Part shown: in pieces, positions 35,230-48,969 of the stretch
Layout of the letters: each line of letters begins with the position of its first letter
Position numbering within the stretch: position 1 is the stretch's first letter
DNA from: Antedon mediterranea
Lineage: Eukaryota; Animalia; Echinodermata
Reading direction: 5' to 3'
Assembly (NCBI RefSeq): GCF_964355755.1
Contig: NC_092672.1
Location: 5,580,001-5,644,000, forward strand
DNA: 64,000 nucleotides
Notes under the pieces: generated by a model
Told to the model about the DNA's origin: nothing
Database searches by the model: none
The model's input: the letters and a program-made list of their open reading frames with translations, nothing else
Position numbers and translations under genes: made by a program

Positions 35230-38200
35230 ATTATTGATTTGGTAGATAATAAAAGATGCGTTATATCAATTTATGAATACACAGATCATATCCAACAATG
35301 TGATATAGATTATTAATAATAATTTTTGATGAGGTAGATATTTAAAGATGCGTGCTCAGTTATCAAATTATGACTACATTGATCATATCCAACAATGTTA
35401 TATATGATATTAATATAAATTATTAATGAGGTAGATATTAAAAAATACGTGCTCAGTTATCAAATTATGACTACACTGATCATATCCAACAATGTGATAT
35501 ATGATATTAATATTAATTAATGATGAGGTAGATATTGAAAGATACGTGATCAGTTATCAAATGACGACTACACTGATCATATCCAACAATGTGATATATG
35601 ATATTAATATAAATTATTGATGACGTAGATATTAAAAGATGCGTGCTCAGTTATCAAATTCTGACTACACTGATCATATCCAACAATGTGATATATGATA
35701 TTAATATAAATTATTAATGAGGTAGATATTAAAAGATGCGTGCTCAGTTATCAAATTCTGACTACACTGATCATATCCAACAATGTGATATATGATATTA
35801 ATATAAATTATTAATGAGGTAGATATTGAAAGATGCGTGCTCAGTTATCAAATTCTGACTACACTGATCATATCCAACAATGTGATATATGATATTAATA
35901 TAAATTATTATTGAGGTAGATATTAAAAGATACGTGCTCAGTTATCAAATTCTGACTACACTGATCATATCCAACAATGTGATATATGATATTAATATAA
36001 ATTATTAATGAGGTAGATATTTAAAGATGCGTGCTCAGTTATCAAATTACGACTACACTGATCATATCCAACAATGTGTATGTAGATTATTAATGATGTG
36101 GTAGATATTAAAAGATACGTGCTCAGTTATCAAATTCTGACTACACTGATCATATCCAACAATGTGATATATGATATTAATATTAATTAATGATGTGGTA
36201 GATATTTAAAGATGCGTGCTCAGTTATCAAATTATGACTACACTGATCATATCCAACAATGTTATATATGATATTAATATAAATTATTATTGAGGTAGAT
36301 ATTGAAAGATGCGTGCTCAGTTATCAAATTCTGACTACACTGATCATATCCAACAATGTTATATATGATATTAATATAAATTATTATTGAGGTAGATATT
36401 GAAAGATGCGTGCTCAGTTATCAAATTCTGACTACACTGATCATATCCAACAATGTGATATATGATATTAATATAAATTATTATTGAGGTAGATATTGAA
36501 AGATGCGTGCTCAGTTATCAAATTATGACTACACTGATCATATCCAACAATGTGATATATGATATTAATATAAATTATTAATGAGGTAGATATTGAAAGA
36601 TGCGTGCTCAGTTATCAAATTCTGACTACACTGATCATATCCAACAATGTGATATATGATATTAATATAAATTATTAATGAGGTAGATATTAAAAGATGC
36701 GTGCTCAGTTATCAAATTCTGACTACACTGATCATATCCAACAATGTGATATATGATATTAATATAAATTATTAATGAGGTAGATATTGAAAGATGCGTG
36801 CTCAGTTATCAAATTCTGACTACACTGATCATATCCAACAATGTGATATATGATATTAATATAAATTATTATTGAGGTAGATATTAAAAGATACGTGCTC
36901 AGTTATCAAATTCTGACTACACTGATCATATCCAACAATGTGATATATGATATTAATATAAATTATTAATGAGGTAGATATTGAAAGATGCGTGCTCAAT
37001 TATCAAATTCTGACTACACTGATCATATCCAACAATGTGATATATGATATTAATATAAATTATTAATGAGGTAGATATTAAAAGATGCGTGCTCAGTTAT
37101 CAAATTCTGACTACACTGATCATATCCAACAATGTGATATATGATATTAATATAAATTATTAATGAGGTAGATATTGAAAGATGCGTGCTCAGTTATCAA
37201 ATTCTGACTACACTGATCATATCCAACAATGTGATATATGATATTAATATTAATTAATGATGTGGTAGATATTTAAAGATGCGTGCTCAGTTATCAAATT
37301 ATGACTACACTGATCATATCCAACAATGTTATATATGATATTAATATAAATTATTATTGAGGTAGATATTGAAAGATGCGTGCTCAGTTATCAAATTCTG
37401 ACTACACTGATCATATCCAACAATGTTATATATGATATTAATATAAATTATTATTGAGGTAGATATTGAAAGATGCGTGCTCAGTTATCAAATTCTGACT
37501 ACACTGATCATATCCAACAATGTGATATATGATATTAATATAAATTATTATTGAGGTAGATATTGAAAGATGCGTGCTCAGTTATCAAATTATGACTACA
37601 CTGATCATATCCAACAATGTGATATATGATATTAATATAAATTATTAATGAGGTAGATATTGAAAGATGCGTGCTCAGTTATCAAATGACGACTACACGG
37701 ATCATATCCAACAATGTGATATATGATATTAATATAAATTATTAATGAGGTAGATATTGAAAGATGCGTGCTCAGTTATCAAATTCTGACTACACTGATC
37801 ATATCCAACAATGTGATATATGATATTAATATAAATTATTAATGAGGTAGATATTAAAAGATGCGTGCTCAGTTATCAAATTCTGACTACACTGATCATA
37901 TCCAACAATGTGATATATGATATTAATATAAATTATTAATGAGGTAGATATTGAAAGATGCGTGCTCAGTTATCAAATTCTGACTACACTGATCATATCC
38001 AACAATGTGATATATGATATTAATATAAATTATTAATGAGGTAGATATTGAAAGATGCGTGCTCAGTTATCAAATTCTGACTACACTGATCATATCCAAC
38101 AATGTGATATATGATATTAATATTAATTAATGATGTGGTAGATATTTAAAGATGCGTGCTCAGTTATCAAATTATGACTACACTGATCATATCCAACAAT

Positions 38201-40030
38201 GTTATATATGATATTAATATAAATTATTATTGAGGTAGATATTGAAAGATGCGTGCTCAGTTATCAAATTCTGATTACACTGATCATATCCAACAATGTT
38301 ATATATGATATTAATATAAATTATTATTGAGGTAGATATTGAAAGATGCGTGCTCAGTTATCAAATTCTGACTACACTGATCATATCCAACAATGTGATA
38401 TATGATATTAATATAAATTATTATTGAGGTAGATATTGAAAGATGCGTGCTCAGTTATCAAATTATGACTACACTGATCATATCCAACAATGTGATATAT
38501 GATATTAATATAAATTATTAATGAGGTAGATATTGAAAGATGCGTGCTCAGTTATCAAATGACGACTACACGGATCATATCCAACAATGTGATATATGAT
38601 ATTAATATAAATTATTAATGAGGTAGATATTGAAAGATGCGTGCTCAGTTATCAAATTCTGACTACACTGATCATATCCAACAATGTGATATATGATATT
38701 AATATAAATTATTAATGAGGTAGATATTAAAAGATGCGTGCTCAGTTATCAAATTCTGACTACACTGATCATATCCAACAATGTGATATATGATATTAAT
38801 ATAAATTATTAATGAGGTAGATATTGAAAGATGCGTGCTCAGTTATCAAATTCTGACTACACTGATCATATCCAACAATGTGATATATGATATTAATATA
38901 AATTATTATTGAGGTAGATATTAAAAGATACGTGCTCAGTTATCAAATTCTGACTACACTGATCATATCCAACAATGTGATATATGATATTAATATAAAT
39001 TATTAATGAGGTAGATATTGAAAGATGCGTGCTCAATTATCAAATTCTGACTACACTGATCATATCCAACAATGTGATATATGATATTAATATAAATTAT
39101 TAATGAGGTAGATATTAAAAGATGCGTGCTCAGTTATCAAATTCTGACTACACTGATCATATCCAACAATGTGATATATGATATTAATATAAATTATTAA
39201 TGAGGTAGATATTGAAAGATGCGTGCTCAGTTATCAAATTCTGACTACACTGATCATATCCAACAATGTGATATATGATATTAATATAAATTATTATTGA
39301 GGTAGATATTAAAAGATACGTGCTCAGTTATCAAATTCTGACTACACTGATCATATCCAACAATGTGATATATGATATTAATATAAATTATTAATGAGGT
39401 AGATATTTAAAGATGCGTGCTCAGTTATCAAATTACGACTACACTGATCATATCCAACAATGTGATATATGATATTAATATAAATTATTATTGAGGTAGA
39501 TATTAAAAGATACGTGCTCAGTTATCAAATTCTGACTACACTGATCATATCCAACAATGTGATATATGATATTAATATAAATTATTAATGAGGTAGATAT
39601 TTAAAGATGCGTGCTCAGTTATCAAATTACGACTACACTGATCATATCCAACAATGTGATATAGATTATTTATATTAATTTTGATGCGGTAGATATTTAA
39701 AGATGCGTGCTCAGTTATCAAATGACGACTACACTGATCATATCCAACAATGTGATATAGATTATTAATAATAATTATTGATGATGTAGATATTAAAAGA
39801 TACGTGCTCAGTTATCAAATTATGACTACACTGATCATATCCAACAATGTGATATATGATATTAATATTAAAATTGATGACGTAGATTCTAAAAGATGCG
39901 TGCTCAGTTATCAAATTATGACTACACTCATCATATTCAACAACGTGATATAGATTATTAATAATAATTATTGATGAGGTAGATGTGAGATGCGTGCTCA
40001 GTTATCAAATTGTAACTACACTGATCATAA
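35230..40030 (+). repeat. 97-bp satellite, right array (~49 units, homogeneous core)
   Basis: GCGTGCTCAG at 35641, 35738, 35835 and onward (period 97); edges more diverged. Confidence 0.97.
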
Positions 40031-40535
40031 TACTGTACACATAGTCCTTATGCAATTAGACATTGATTTAGTAGTACTACATATCATTTGTTAAATTAAG
40101 AATGTTGTTTCTGTGTTATTAAAAAACTTATTGAAATTTTTTAAAGTAAAAATATCAGTATTGATACCTATAAATTTGTATATCATAATAACATGCTTGA
40201 TATTATAATAATGTGTTCTTTATTACAACTAAGAAACAATTATGTACGAGGATTATACACACTGATAGCTCTCAGTTATCAAAAAACGACTACACAATAT
40301 AGCTCAAATACCGATTCGATTTGTGGCAGCATTATAATTAATTAGGTCGGTGTGATTGGAAATTAATAATATTTTATCTTCCTAAAAATTTGTTTTTAAT
40401 CAATTTTATATAACAAAATTAAATATATATATAGGCCTAGGCCTATTTATTTATTAATTTTTGTTTTAGAAAACGACGTACTGTACCAGAATTCTGAGAA
40501 CCCGTCCGATGAGGTCGCTGTTTATGCTACCGGAA

Positions 40536-41342
40536 CAGAGCCATTATATATAAAGAGTTACGACATTGGATTTAAGTCACGTGATATGCAGATCAATTGT
40601 GTCAAACTTGTCTCCGTTAATGCATGTAAAGTATAGGAGCAAGAAATTACTTTAAACTTTTTCTTATATCAAAAAAAATGTAATTACACATTTTACGGTG
40701 GAATATCGACGTGCACAGCGTACAGAACCACTTGCGCCAAAGAATATTTCGCGCGCGTACGCTAGTACATTATAACGTTCGATTGATTGATTTTGGAACA
40801 AAACATCCCATAACTACGTCCCATTAATAACAATTATGTAATATTTTCAATTCATAATGCATGCTTTGATGACTAAATAAAATAATAAAGTGTCGTGGAT
40901 ATATTTGTTAATATATTGAATAGGTATGAACAATATTAAAATAATAAAGGCAAATTATTACAAATGAAATGATGAACGAGTCTCTGAAAGTTTGTGTCAA
41001 AAACACACGGAGAGCATATATACTGTATAAAAAGAGGGGTGAATTTGTATTGGTTCATGCTTTGATGTATCCTGACTTGCATGTAGGCCCTAGTATTTAT
41101 TCTTTTGTTATTATAGACACAATATATATATGTTACCAAATTAATACCATTAATAAAATTAATTACTAAAATAAAAACGGAATATAAGCGTTATTTCATA
41201 GACAAAAAAATCTAAAAATAAAGCAAGAACTACAGGAAAACGCTATACAAATAAGACGCGCGCGCCCTCAGCGTGCGAATTCTTTGACACAAACATGGCT
41301 TCTAATCTTCAATGTCGTAACTCTTTATATTATATGGCTCTG
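40536..41342. mobile_element. Non-autonomous DNA transposon with 8-bp TSD (hAT-like)
   Basis: TIR CAGAGCCATTATATATAAAGAGTTACGACATTG / CAATGTCGTAACTCTTTATATTATATGGCTCTG; TSD TACCGGAA at 40528-40535 and 41343-41350. Confidence 0.9.
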
Positions 41343-41956
41343 TACCGGAAGTACTTTTTTGTTTATTTTTTTCATGATGACGATCCCCGAATTGTTTTTG
41401 GTTGCTGGGTAAAAAAATTCAGAAATCTAAGGCTTCATGCCTTATTTGTTTTTTATTTTTCAGGTTGCTAGAAAGTTTCAATCAAGAAAATTCTATGATT
41501 ATGAGTATATTAAATTAACAGTAAGTGTAAAAATGGATTTAATTAAGCGGAAAATAAATGAATAGGCTAGGGCCAGGCCTAGCTCTAGGCCTAGACTAGG
41601 CCTAGCCTAGGCCTAGCTAGCTAGATGCTAGCTCAGCAGTTGCCAGCTCTCTCTAGACTAGCTAGGCCCAAACTGGCTAGTTAATTATAGGGCTAGGCAT
41701 AGCCTAGGCTATATATAGGCTTTCTAAAATAGTACTGGCTAGTTTAGTACTAGCCTAGGCCTAGAGTAGTAGACCTAGGCCGCTAGGTAGGCTAGGCCTA
41801 GAGTAGTAGTAGGCCTAGTAGTACTGTGTGTGGAGAAGGTAGGAATTTGATTGGGGGGGGGGGGGCCTAGGCTATATTAATAAATCATTTTTTTGTTTTA
41901 TCCCTTTTTAATAGGAATAGCATTCAACAAGCTAAAACAAACATAATTTAAATGAG

Positions 41957-43022
41957 ATGGCAACCCCACTTGACATACAACTCCAAAATGCAAAAACATC
42001 TATTCTGTTTATGCAACAGGAACATGCAAATACTTTACAAAGTCTTCACCAAGAGATACAGAAACTTCAGAAAAAATGTGCTGAGATGACATTTGAACTT
42101 GCTATAAAAGGAGATGTTGATGAAGGTGATTAATATTTTAAAACGATATTCACTTAATTATTGAAATATATATATATACTGTAGATGAATTCTGTTACAA
42201 ATAATTATTTTAAATAATCAAGCAATTTTTTTATTGACAGAGGCATACCAGGAAGAAAGCCAACGTTTGGACAAACATCTCAGAGAGAAAACAATTGAGT
42301 GCAATAATATGCAAGAAATACTGGATAAAAGGGAAAAACGAATTAGTGTTTTAGAGTTGCAATTACGTGCACAGGAAAAAAGATACACAGATGAAATCAA
42401 GCAGAAAAATTTGAAAATGAACACAATAAAAAATGACTTGGATGAGAAAAACAGAATAATTGCAATGTTAAGTAACGAGATACAGAAGTTGAGTTTGGGA
42501 TCATCTTATGACGACACTGAACGTAGTAATTCTGTAACTCCTGTGCCACCAAAAAGTTCCATCCCTTCTTCAAGAAGAAAGGTATCCATCAAGAAAAGAC
42601 TGGTACCTCATCTTGGAGATGCCAACCATCAGAGGCCAATAAAAGCTGTTCATTTTAATGAAAATGCAGACCCAACGAGTGCAAACCATCGTGCCAGCTC
42701 TGGCTATCGAAGCCCTGCACTAATCAAAGACTCACAAACGCCCTCAATAAGAGCAATACATCCTGAATCTACAGATTCAAAAGTGTTTGTCCTTAGGCAG
42801 AAAGAACGCAACAGAGAGGTTGTTGTAAGAAGACGACTTCCTATACTGCCACCTATAGTCAATCAAGAAGATCACACCTCTATAATAGACTCTACTAACC
42901 AGTCTGATGTACTTCACCAAGAAGTGCCTGTATTAAGACTAGATAAAAGAGAAACACTGGCTGTTAATAGCTTATTCCTCCAGGATAATTTACGTGAAGT
43001 TGAACATTCCAACAGCGACTAA
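41957..43022 (+). CDS. CCDC92: Coiled-coil domain-containing protein 92-like, two coding exons (41957-42125, 42241-43022), ~316 aa
   Basis: Exon 1 translates MATPLDIQLQNAKTSILFMQQEHANTLQSLHQEIQKLQKKCAEMTFELAIK, resembling the CCDC92/CCDC74 N-terminal domain. A phase-1 GT-AG intron joins it to a coiled-coil plus low-complexity tail. Probable 5' UTR exon at 41464-41520. Confidence 0.8.
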
Positions 43023-43798
43023 TTGATTCTAAATTCTCATCATGATAATATTTTTTAAAAAACCTTGAAGAAACAGAAATAGTGAAAATTAATGTTGATT
43101 ATTTAAAGAATGTAAACACAGCATATTAAGATTTTAAAGTGCTATTTTTAATTAATAAATTGTAATTATACTGTATTTAATTGTATATGCAGCTGTTACA
43201 CTTGCATGTTTTAAAATTGCTACTGCTTCTTATTATATTTACAATTTTAATTAACTCAATTATGTGACCAAATTAAGTGAGTGCTTATTAGTAAAAATTA
43301 ACAGTATTCTGTTGAACAGATGTTTTTTAAATGGTTCTTGAGAAATGATCATAATCATTTTTATGAATTATATTATTTTGTATTAATCTGATAAAACTAA
43401 AGTTATTAGCAATTAATCTTTATTATTATTAATTTAGCTCAACATAAAATAAAGCTGGACTACTGATTTTCAAAAAGATATGTCAAATTATAAATTTTAA
43501 AAAATCGGTTGGTATGTAGACAAGTGTCAAAACCAAATAAACAATTTTGCTAAACTGTTCACAATCAAAATTTCGGAAAATAAGAAGTTCTGATGTCTAG
43601 CGGTTAACCTGTGTTGTTAGGCTAACATTTCCTGAAGTAGCCTAGTAGAATATAGTATACGTTTACTATTGTTAATTTTGCATCAAGTTACTAAAGTGTT
43701 TAGCAATTAAACGGTGATGTAAGCCTATCTCACATTACCATTTAATGCCTTTTTGCGGCAAACAAGAAAAGATTACTTTCTGTATAATAATGGTGTTT

Positions 43799-45583
43799 CT
43801 AAATATCAATAATCCTATGCTGTGGACAGTTAGGTGACAAAAGAGCTGCCTCAAGCTTGGTCCAGAACAATGCTTGTCCCTCTGGATGTTCTTCCCATTC
43901 TATATAAGTTTTCTTCGTCAATATCTTGTGTAAGAGTATCGGCAATTCTTTGTGTGACACCTTCTCAATTAGTACCACTATCAAGATATCTTCATGGTTG
44001 TCAAACATACGCATGCGTGCCATCTCTAGCTCGAAGTTGCACCACTCACTTTTGGCGAAATGTTTGGAGACGACTAACAAAACCTTCCGACTGAATTTAA
44101 CAGCATTTGCAATGTTTGTGACAATTGCTTCTCCTGGCATAAAATCTCGATAGTCAACACATATTTTAAAGTTTCGTTCCACCTCCAACGATGGCTGTAA
44201 GGTTTTCAGAACCCATTGTAGGTCTTTGCTGTTGTAACAGACAAACACGTCATACCGAATGTTTTCTCCGTTGATAGGAGGAGGTCCTTGGTTGCAAATT
44301 TGCTTGTATTGTTTGCGAAGGCGTCTTCGTTGATTCCAGTACCTATATTGAAACAAATAATTTTGTTTTAGATATCAAACATTTTATTAATTATAATTAA
44401 ATTGTATACCAACGTGTGAAAGTCTAACGTGTGGTGATCTTATGGTATAACATCAAAATATACGTAATTATTTCTATAGTTTTTGGCGTAAAGTGTAGTA
44501 GACATACCTTAATGTAAATCTGTAGCGGTAAAGAAGTACAGATATCAACACAATAGTAAGTCCAGCTGAAGCACAGGGAATTGTAATTGTCAAGATCCGA
44601 TCAAGCTTGCTGCAGTTTAGCTGTTTAACAGCAGACTGAGCAAAATCCAACAAGTTATGGTAAACGCTGGAATGAGGAATTCTACATTGTGCATGTTTGC
44701 TATCAGTAATTGTAACATTCGTTTCACCAAGCCATTCTAAAAACCACACTAAATCACAGTCGCATGAAAATTTATTGTATGCCACGTCTAGCGACTGTAA
44801 TTGAAGAAGATTTTGGATTCCAACATTTTCCGCGAATGTAGACAAAAAATTGTCATTTAAAGACATTTCTTTCAATTTGGTTGAGCCTTTAAATGCCTGT
44901 TGTGGAATACTGCTAAGCCTATTATGATGTAAATATAGGTAATTTAGATTTGGTAAATTTTGGAAATGGGAGTTGAAACTGGTTATGCTATTATACGTAA
45001 GATCAATTTTTTGTAGATTCTTACAATGCGTAAATACATCGGATTGTATTGCGCTTATTCCGCAATGTTGTAGATGTAGCAGTTCCAAAGATACAAGATC
45101 ATCAAACCAAGGTAGGAGTTGATGTAAATCAAGGTTTTTATTCATAGATAAATATGTTAATGTTCGCAGCCCATGAAATGCATTGATCTCAATGCCGTTA
45201 AAACTCAACTTGTTTTCATCTAGATTCAATTCGCCTGTGGTAGGTAAATTTTGGAAAGAGTAGTTCTTCAGTGATGAAATGACGTTGTCTTGCAGAGAGT
45301 AAAAATAGATATCAGTTGGCACCCTATCTTGCGATGGAATAGTTTCAAAGTGTTGGTTTGAACAATATACAAAATGACGGTAGTCTAATCCCGTTTCCAA
45401 CTTACAATATGTACAGTTGCATTGCTTAGGACATCTTAGTTCATCTGGTGGCTGAGTTCCATTAATTACGAACGGATTGTGTCTGTGGCATGTTAAACCT
45501 ACAATCGGTGTACAGTAGTAAGTTACAAATCCCACAACGAATACGTACGTAAAGATAACACGTACAAATCGTATTGGTGACAT
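43799..45583 (-). CDS. Short TLR B (exons 45583-44508, 44342-43799), ~539 aa
   Basis: SP-LRRNT-LRRs-LRRCT-TM exon; 165-nt phase-2 GT-AG intron; intact TIR exon. Confidence 0.93.
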
Positions 45584-46161
45584 TGTAGAAGAATAAAGCC
45601 ATTCAAATGGCGATGTAAGAATTAGAAACGAAAGTAAGCAAAATACTTAGTTATTACCAAGTATGTACATTGTAAGAGTAAATAGAATGAAAAGGAAGTC
45701 AAACACTCACAATACAATAAAAAGGGGAACCAAAGTTCGGAATTAGTTCGGAAACCGAAACCTCTTTATTATGCAACCAAATTTATTAAGTGCTAATTAA
45801 TGAAATCTACAGTATTCTGTTAAACAGATGTTTCTAAATGGTTCTTGAGAAATTATATTATTTTTATAAATTATATTATTTTGTATTAATCTGATTAAAT
45901 AAAGTTAATAACAATTAACGTTTCTTTCTATTCTATAGAAACTTAATTTAGCTTAACATAAAATAAAACTGGACTACTACATTTTCAAATAGATATGTCA
46001 AAATATAAATTACAACAAATCGGTGTCAATACCAAATAAACAATCTAACTAAACTGTTCACAATAAAAATCTTATAAAAATTAGTTAAACAAAACATAAG
46101 ATAAAATGTAAATTAAAATGGATTACAATTTCGGAAAATAAGAAGTTCTGGTATTTAACAT

Positions 46162-46999
46162 ACATGATAGATGAATGGAGAATTGAATTACAAAATAAAT
46201 CAAGTCTCCACATCTATGAAACATTAAAATCAAAACCTGGACTTGAAAATTACTTAATTGATAAAACTAATTTTGAAGGTGCTGCATTAAAATTTAAAGC
46301 TCGTTCAAATACTCTACCTTTGAATGATAGAACTGCAAATATTGGAATATTGATAATAATAAAAAATGTAAATTGTGCGGTACAAATTCGGACGAAGACA
46401 TCCATCATTTCATCCTTAATTGTCCAGCTTTAAATAATATACGTAATCAGGAATTATTTAATTTATATGTGGATATGTATAGAAATGGCAGCAAAGATAT
46501 GTTTGATACTTTTTATACTTCTCATGAAAATGACAAACTTAAATATATTTTGGGATACTCAGATAATTTAATTGATGAAGAGTGTGAAAATATTTTGGAT
46601 AGTTTTTGTAAGATACCTAAAACAAGCATGGAAATTTCGAAATGATTCACTGAATTCCATGACTCAATAACTATGTTATCTACATTGCTACATTAAGTAA
46701 TTTGAAAAAAGTGGGAGGAGGGGGGGGGGGGGGTTCGTAATAAGCTGTGTTTATCAGTTGATTTTATTTTATTTTATACACTTTTACTATATCTTGTTTT
46801 GTATTCATTGTGTAAAGTAATGATCTACTGTATGTATCGATGTAAATTGGGGGGGGGGGGGTGGTAGGATAGGGGTTGATAGTTGCTTTTGCCTTTTTTT
46901 ACTTTTCTGTTAATTGTTATATTTTATATTGTGAAGGATGCACCTTTGTGCTAAGTGTGCCACCGATCTAAAGGTGTAATTTCAAATAAATAAATAAAA
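46162..46999 (+). mobile_element. Degenerate 5'-truncated non-LTR retrotransposon
   Basis: Frameshifted ORFs KFKARSNTLPLN...C..CG...EDIHHFILNCPALNNIR (CCHC-type ORF2 C-terminus); (AAAT)n tail; TAACAT direct repeats at 46156 and 47000; absent from the paralogous flank near 43590. Confidence 0.8.
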
Positions 47000-47189
47000 T
47001 AACATGTTGTTAGTCTAACCTTTCCTAAAGTTAGTCTAGTAGAATATACAGTTACACGTTTACTTTTGTTAATTTTTCATTAAGTGTTTAGCAATTAAAC
47101 GGTTATGTAATAAGCCTATCTCACATTACCATTTAATGCATTTTTGCGGCAAACAAGAAAAGATTACTTTCTGTATAATAATGGTGTTT

Positions 47190-48969
47190 CTAAATATCAA
47201 TAATCCTATGCTGTGGACAGTTAGGTGACAAAAGAGCTGCCTCAAGCTTGGCCCAGAACAATGCCTGTCCCTCTGGATGTTCTTCCCATTCGATATAGGT
47301 TTTCTTCATCAATATCTTGTGCAAGAGTATCGGCATGTCTTTAGGTGACACCTTCTCAATTAACACCACTATCAAGATATCTTCATGGTTGTCAAACATA
47401 CGCATGCGTGCCATCTCTAGTTCAAAGTTGCACCACTCACTTTTGGCGAAATGTTTGGAGACGACTAACAAAACCTTCCGACTGAATTTAACAGCATTTG
47501 CAATGTTTGTGACAATTGCTTCTCCTGGAATAAAGTCTCGATAGTCAACACATAGTTTAAAGTTTCGCTGCAACTCCAACGATGGCTGTAGGGTTTTCAG
47601 AACCCATTGTTGGTCGTTGCTGTTGTAACAGACAAACACGTCATACCGAATGTTTTCTCCGTTGATAGTAGGAGGTCCTTGGTTGCAAATTCGCTGGTAT
47701 TGTTTACGAAGACGTCTTCGTTGATTCCAGTACCTATATTGAAACAAATGATTTGGTTTTAGATATAAAAACATTTTCATTATGATTAAATTGTATACCA
47801 ACGTGTGAAAGTCTAACGTGTGGTGATCTTATGGTATAACATCAAAATATACGTAATTATTTCTATAGTTTTTGGCGTAAAGTGTAGTAGACATACCTTA
47901 ATGTAAATCTGTAGCGGTAAAAAAGTACAGATATCAACACAATAGTAAGTCCAGCTGAAGCACAAGGAATTGTAATTGTCAAGATCCGATCAAGCTTGCT
48001 GCAGTTTAACTGTTTAACAGACTGAGCAAAATCCAGCAAGTTATGGTAAACGCTGGAATGAGGAATTCTACATTGTGCATGTTTGCTATCAGTAATTGTA
48101 ACATTCGTTTCACCAAGCCATTCTAAAAACCACACTAAATCACAGTCGCATGAAAATTTGTTGTATGCCACGTCTAGCGACTGTAATTGAAGAAGATTTT
48201 GGATTCCAACATTTTCCGCGAATGTAGACAAAAAATTGTCATTTAAAGACATTTCTTTCAATTTGGTTGAGCCTTTAAATGCCTGTGATGGAATACTGCT
48301 AAGCCTATTATGATGTAAATATAGGTAATTTAGATTTGGTAAATTTTGGAAATGGGAGTTGAAACTGGTTATGCTATTATACGTAAGATCAATTTTTTGT
48401 AGATTCTTACAATGCGTAAATACATCGGATTGTATTGCGCTTATTCCGCAATATTGTAGATGTAGCAGTTCCAAAGATACAAGATCATCAAACCAAGGTA
48501 GGAGTTGATGTAAATCCAGGTTTTTATTCATAGATAAATATGTTAATGTTCGCAGCCCATGAAATGCATTGATCTCAATGCCGTTATAACTCAACTTGTT
48601 TTGATCAAGTGTTAAATAACCCAATTCCGTTAAATTCTGAAAAGCGTAGCTTTTCAATGACGGGATATTGTTGTCTTGTAAATGATAATACACAGCATCA
48701 GTTGGCACTGTATCTTGCGATGGAATCGTTTCCAACTGTTGATGAGAACATAATACGTCATGGTTATAGTGCAATTCCGTTTCCTCCTTACAATATGTAC
48801 AGTTGCATTTCTTAGGACATCTTAGTTCATCTGGTGGCTGAGTTCCATTAATTACGTACGGATTGTGTTTGTGGCATGTTAAACCTACAATCGGTGTACT
48901 GCAGAAGAAAGTTACCGAAACAACAGTAAAAACGCACGTAAAGATAACACAACACCTTCCTGTTGACAT
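47190..48969 (-). CDS. Short TLR C (exons 48969-47897, 47733-47190), ~538 aa
   Basis: Same architecture; 163-nt intron; near-identical to TLR B from about LRR3 onward. Confidence 0.93.

Noticed and set aside
35230-40030. CRISPR array or coding repeat
   Set aside because: Continuous 97-bp satellite, no spacers, no ORF.
43834-44153. Recurrent antisense ORFs over TIR exons (also 47317, 54682, 57314)
   Set aside because: Shadows of conserved paralogous TIR coding sequence; no independent coding evidence.
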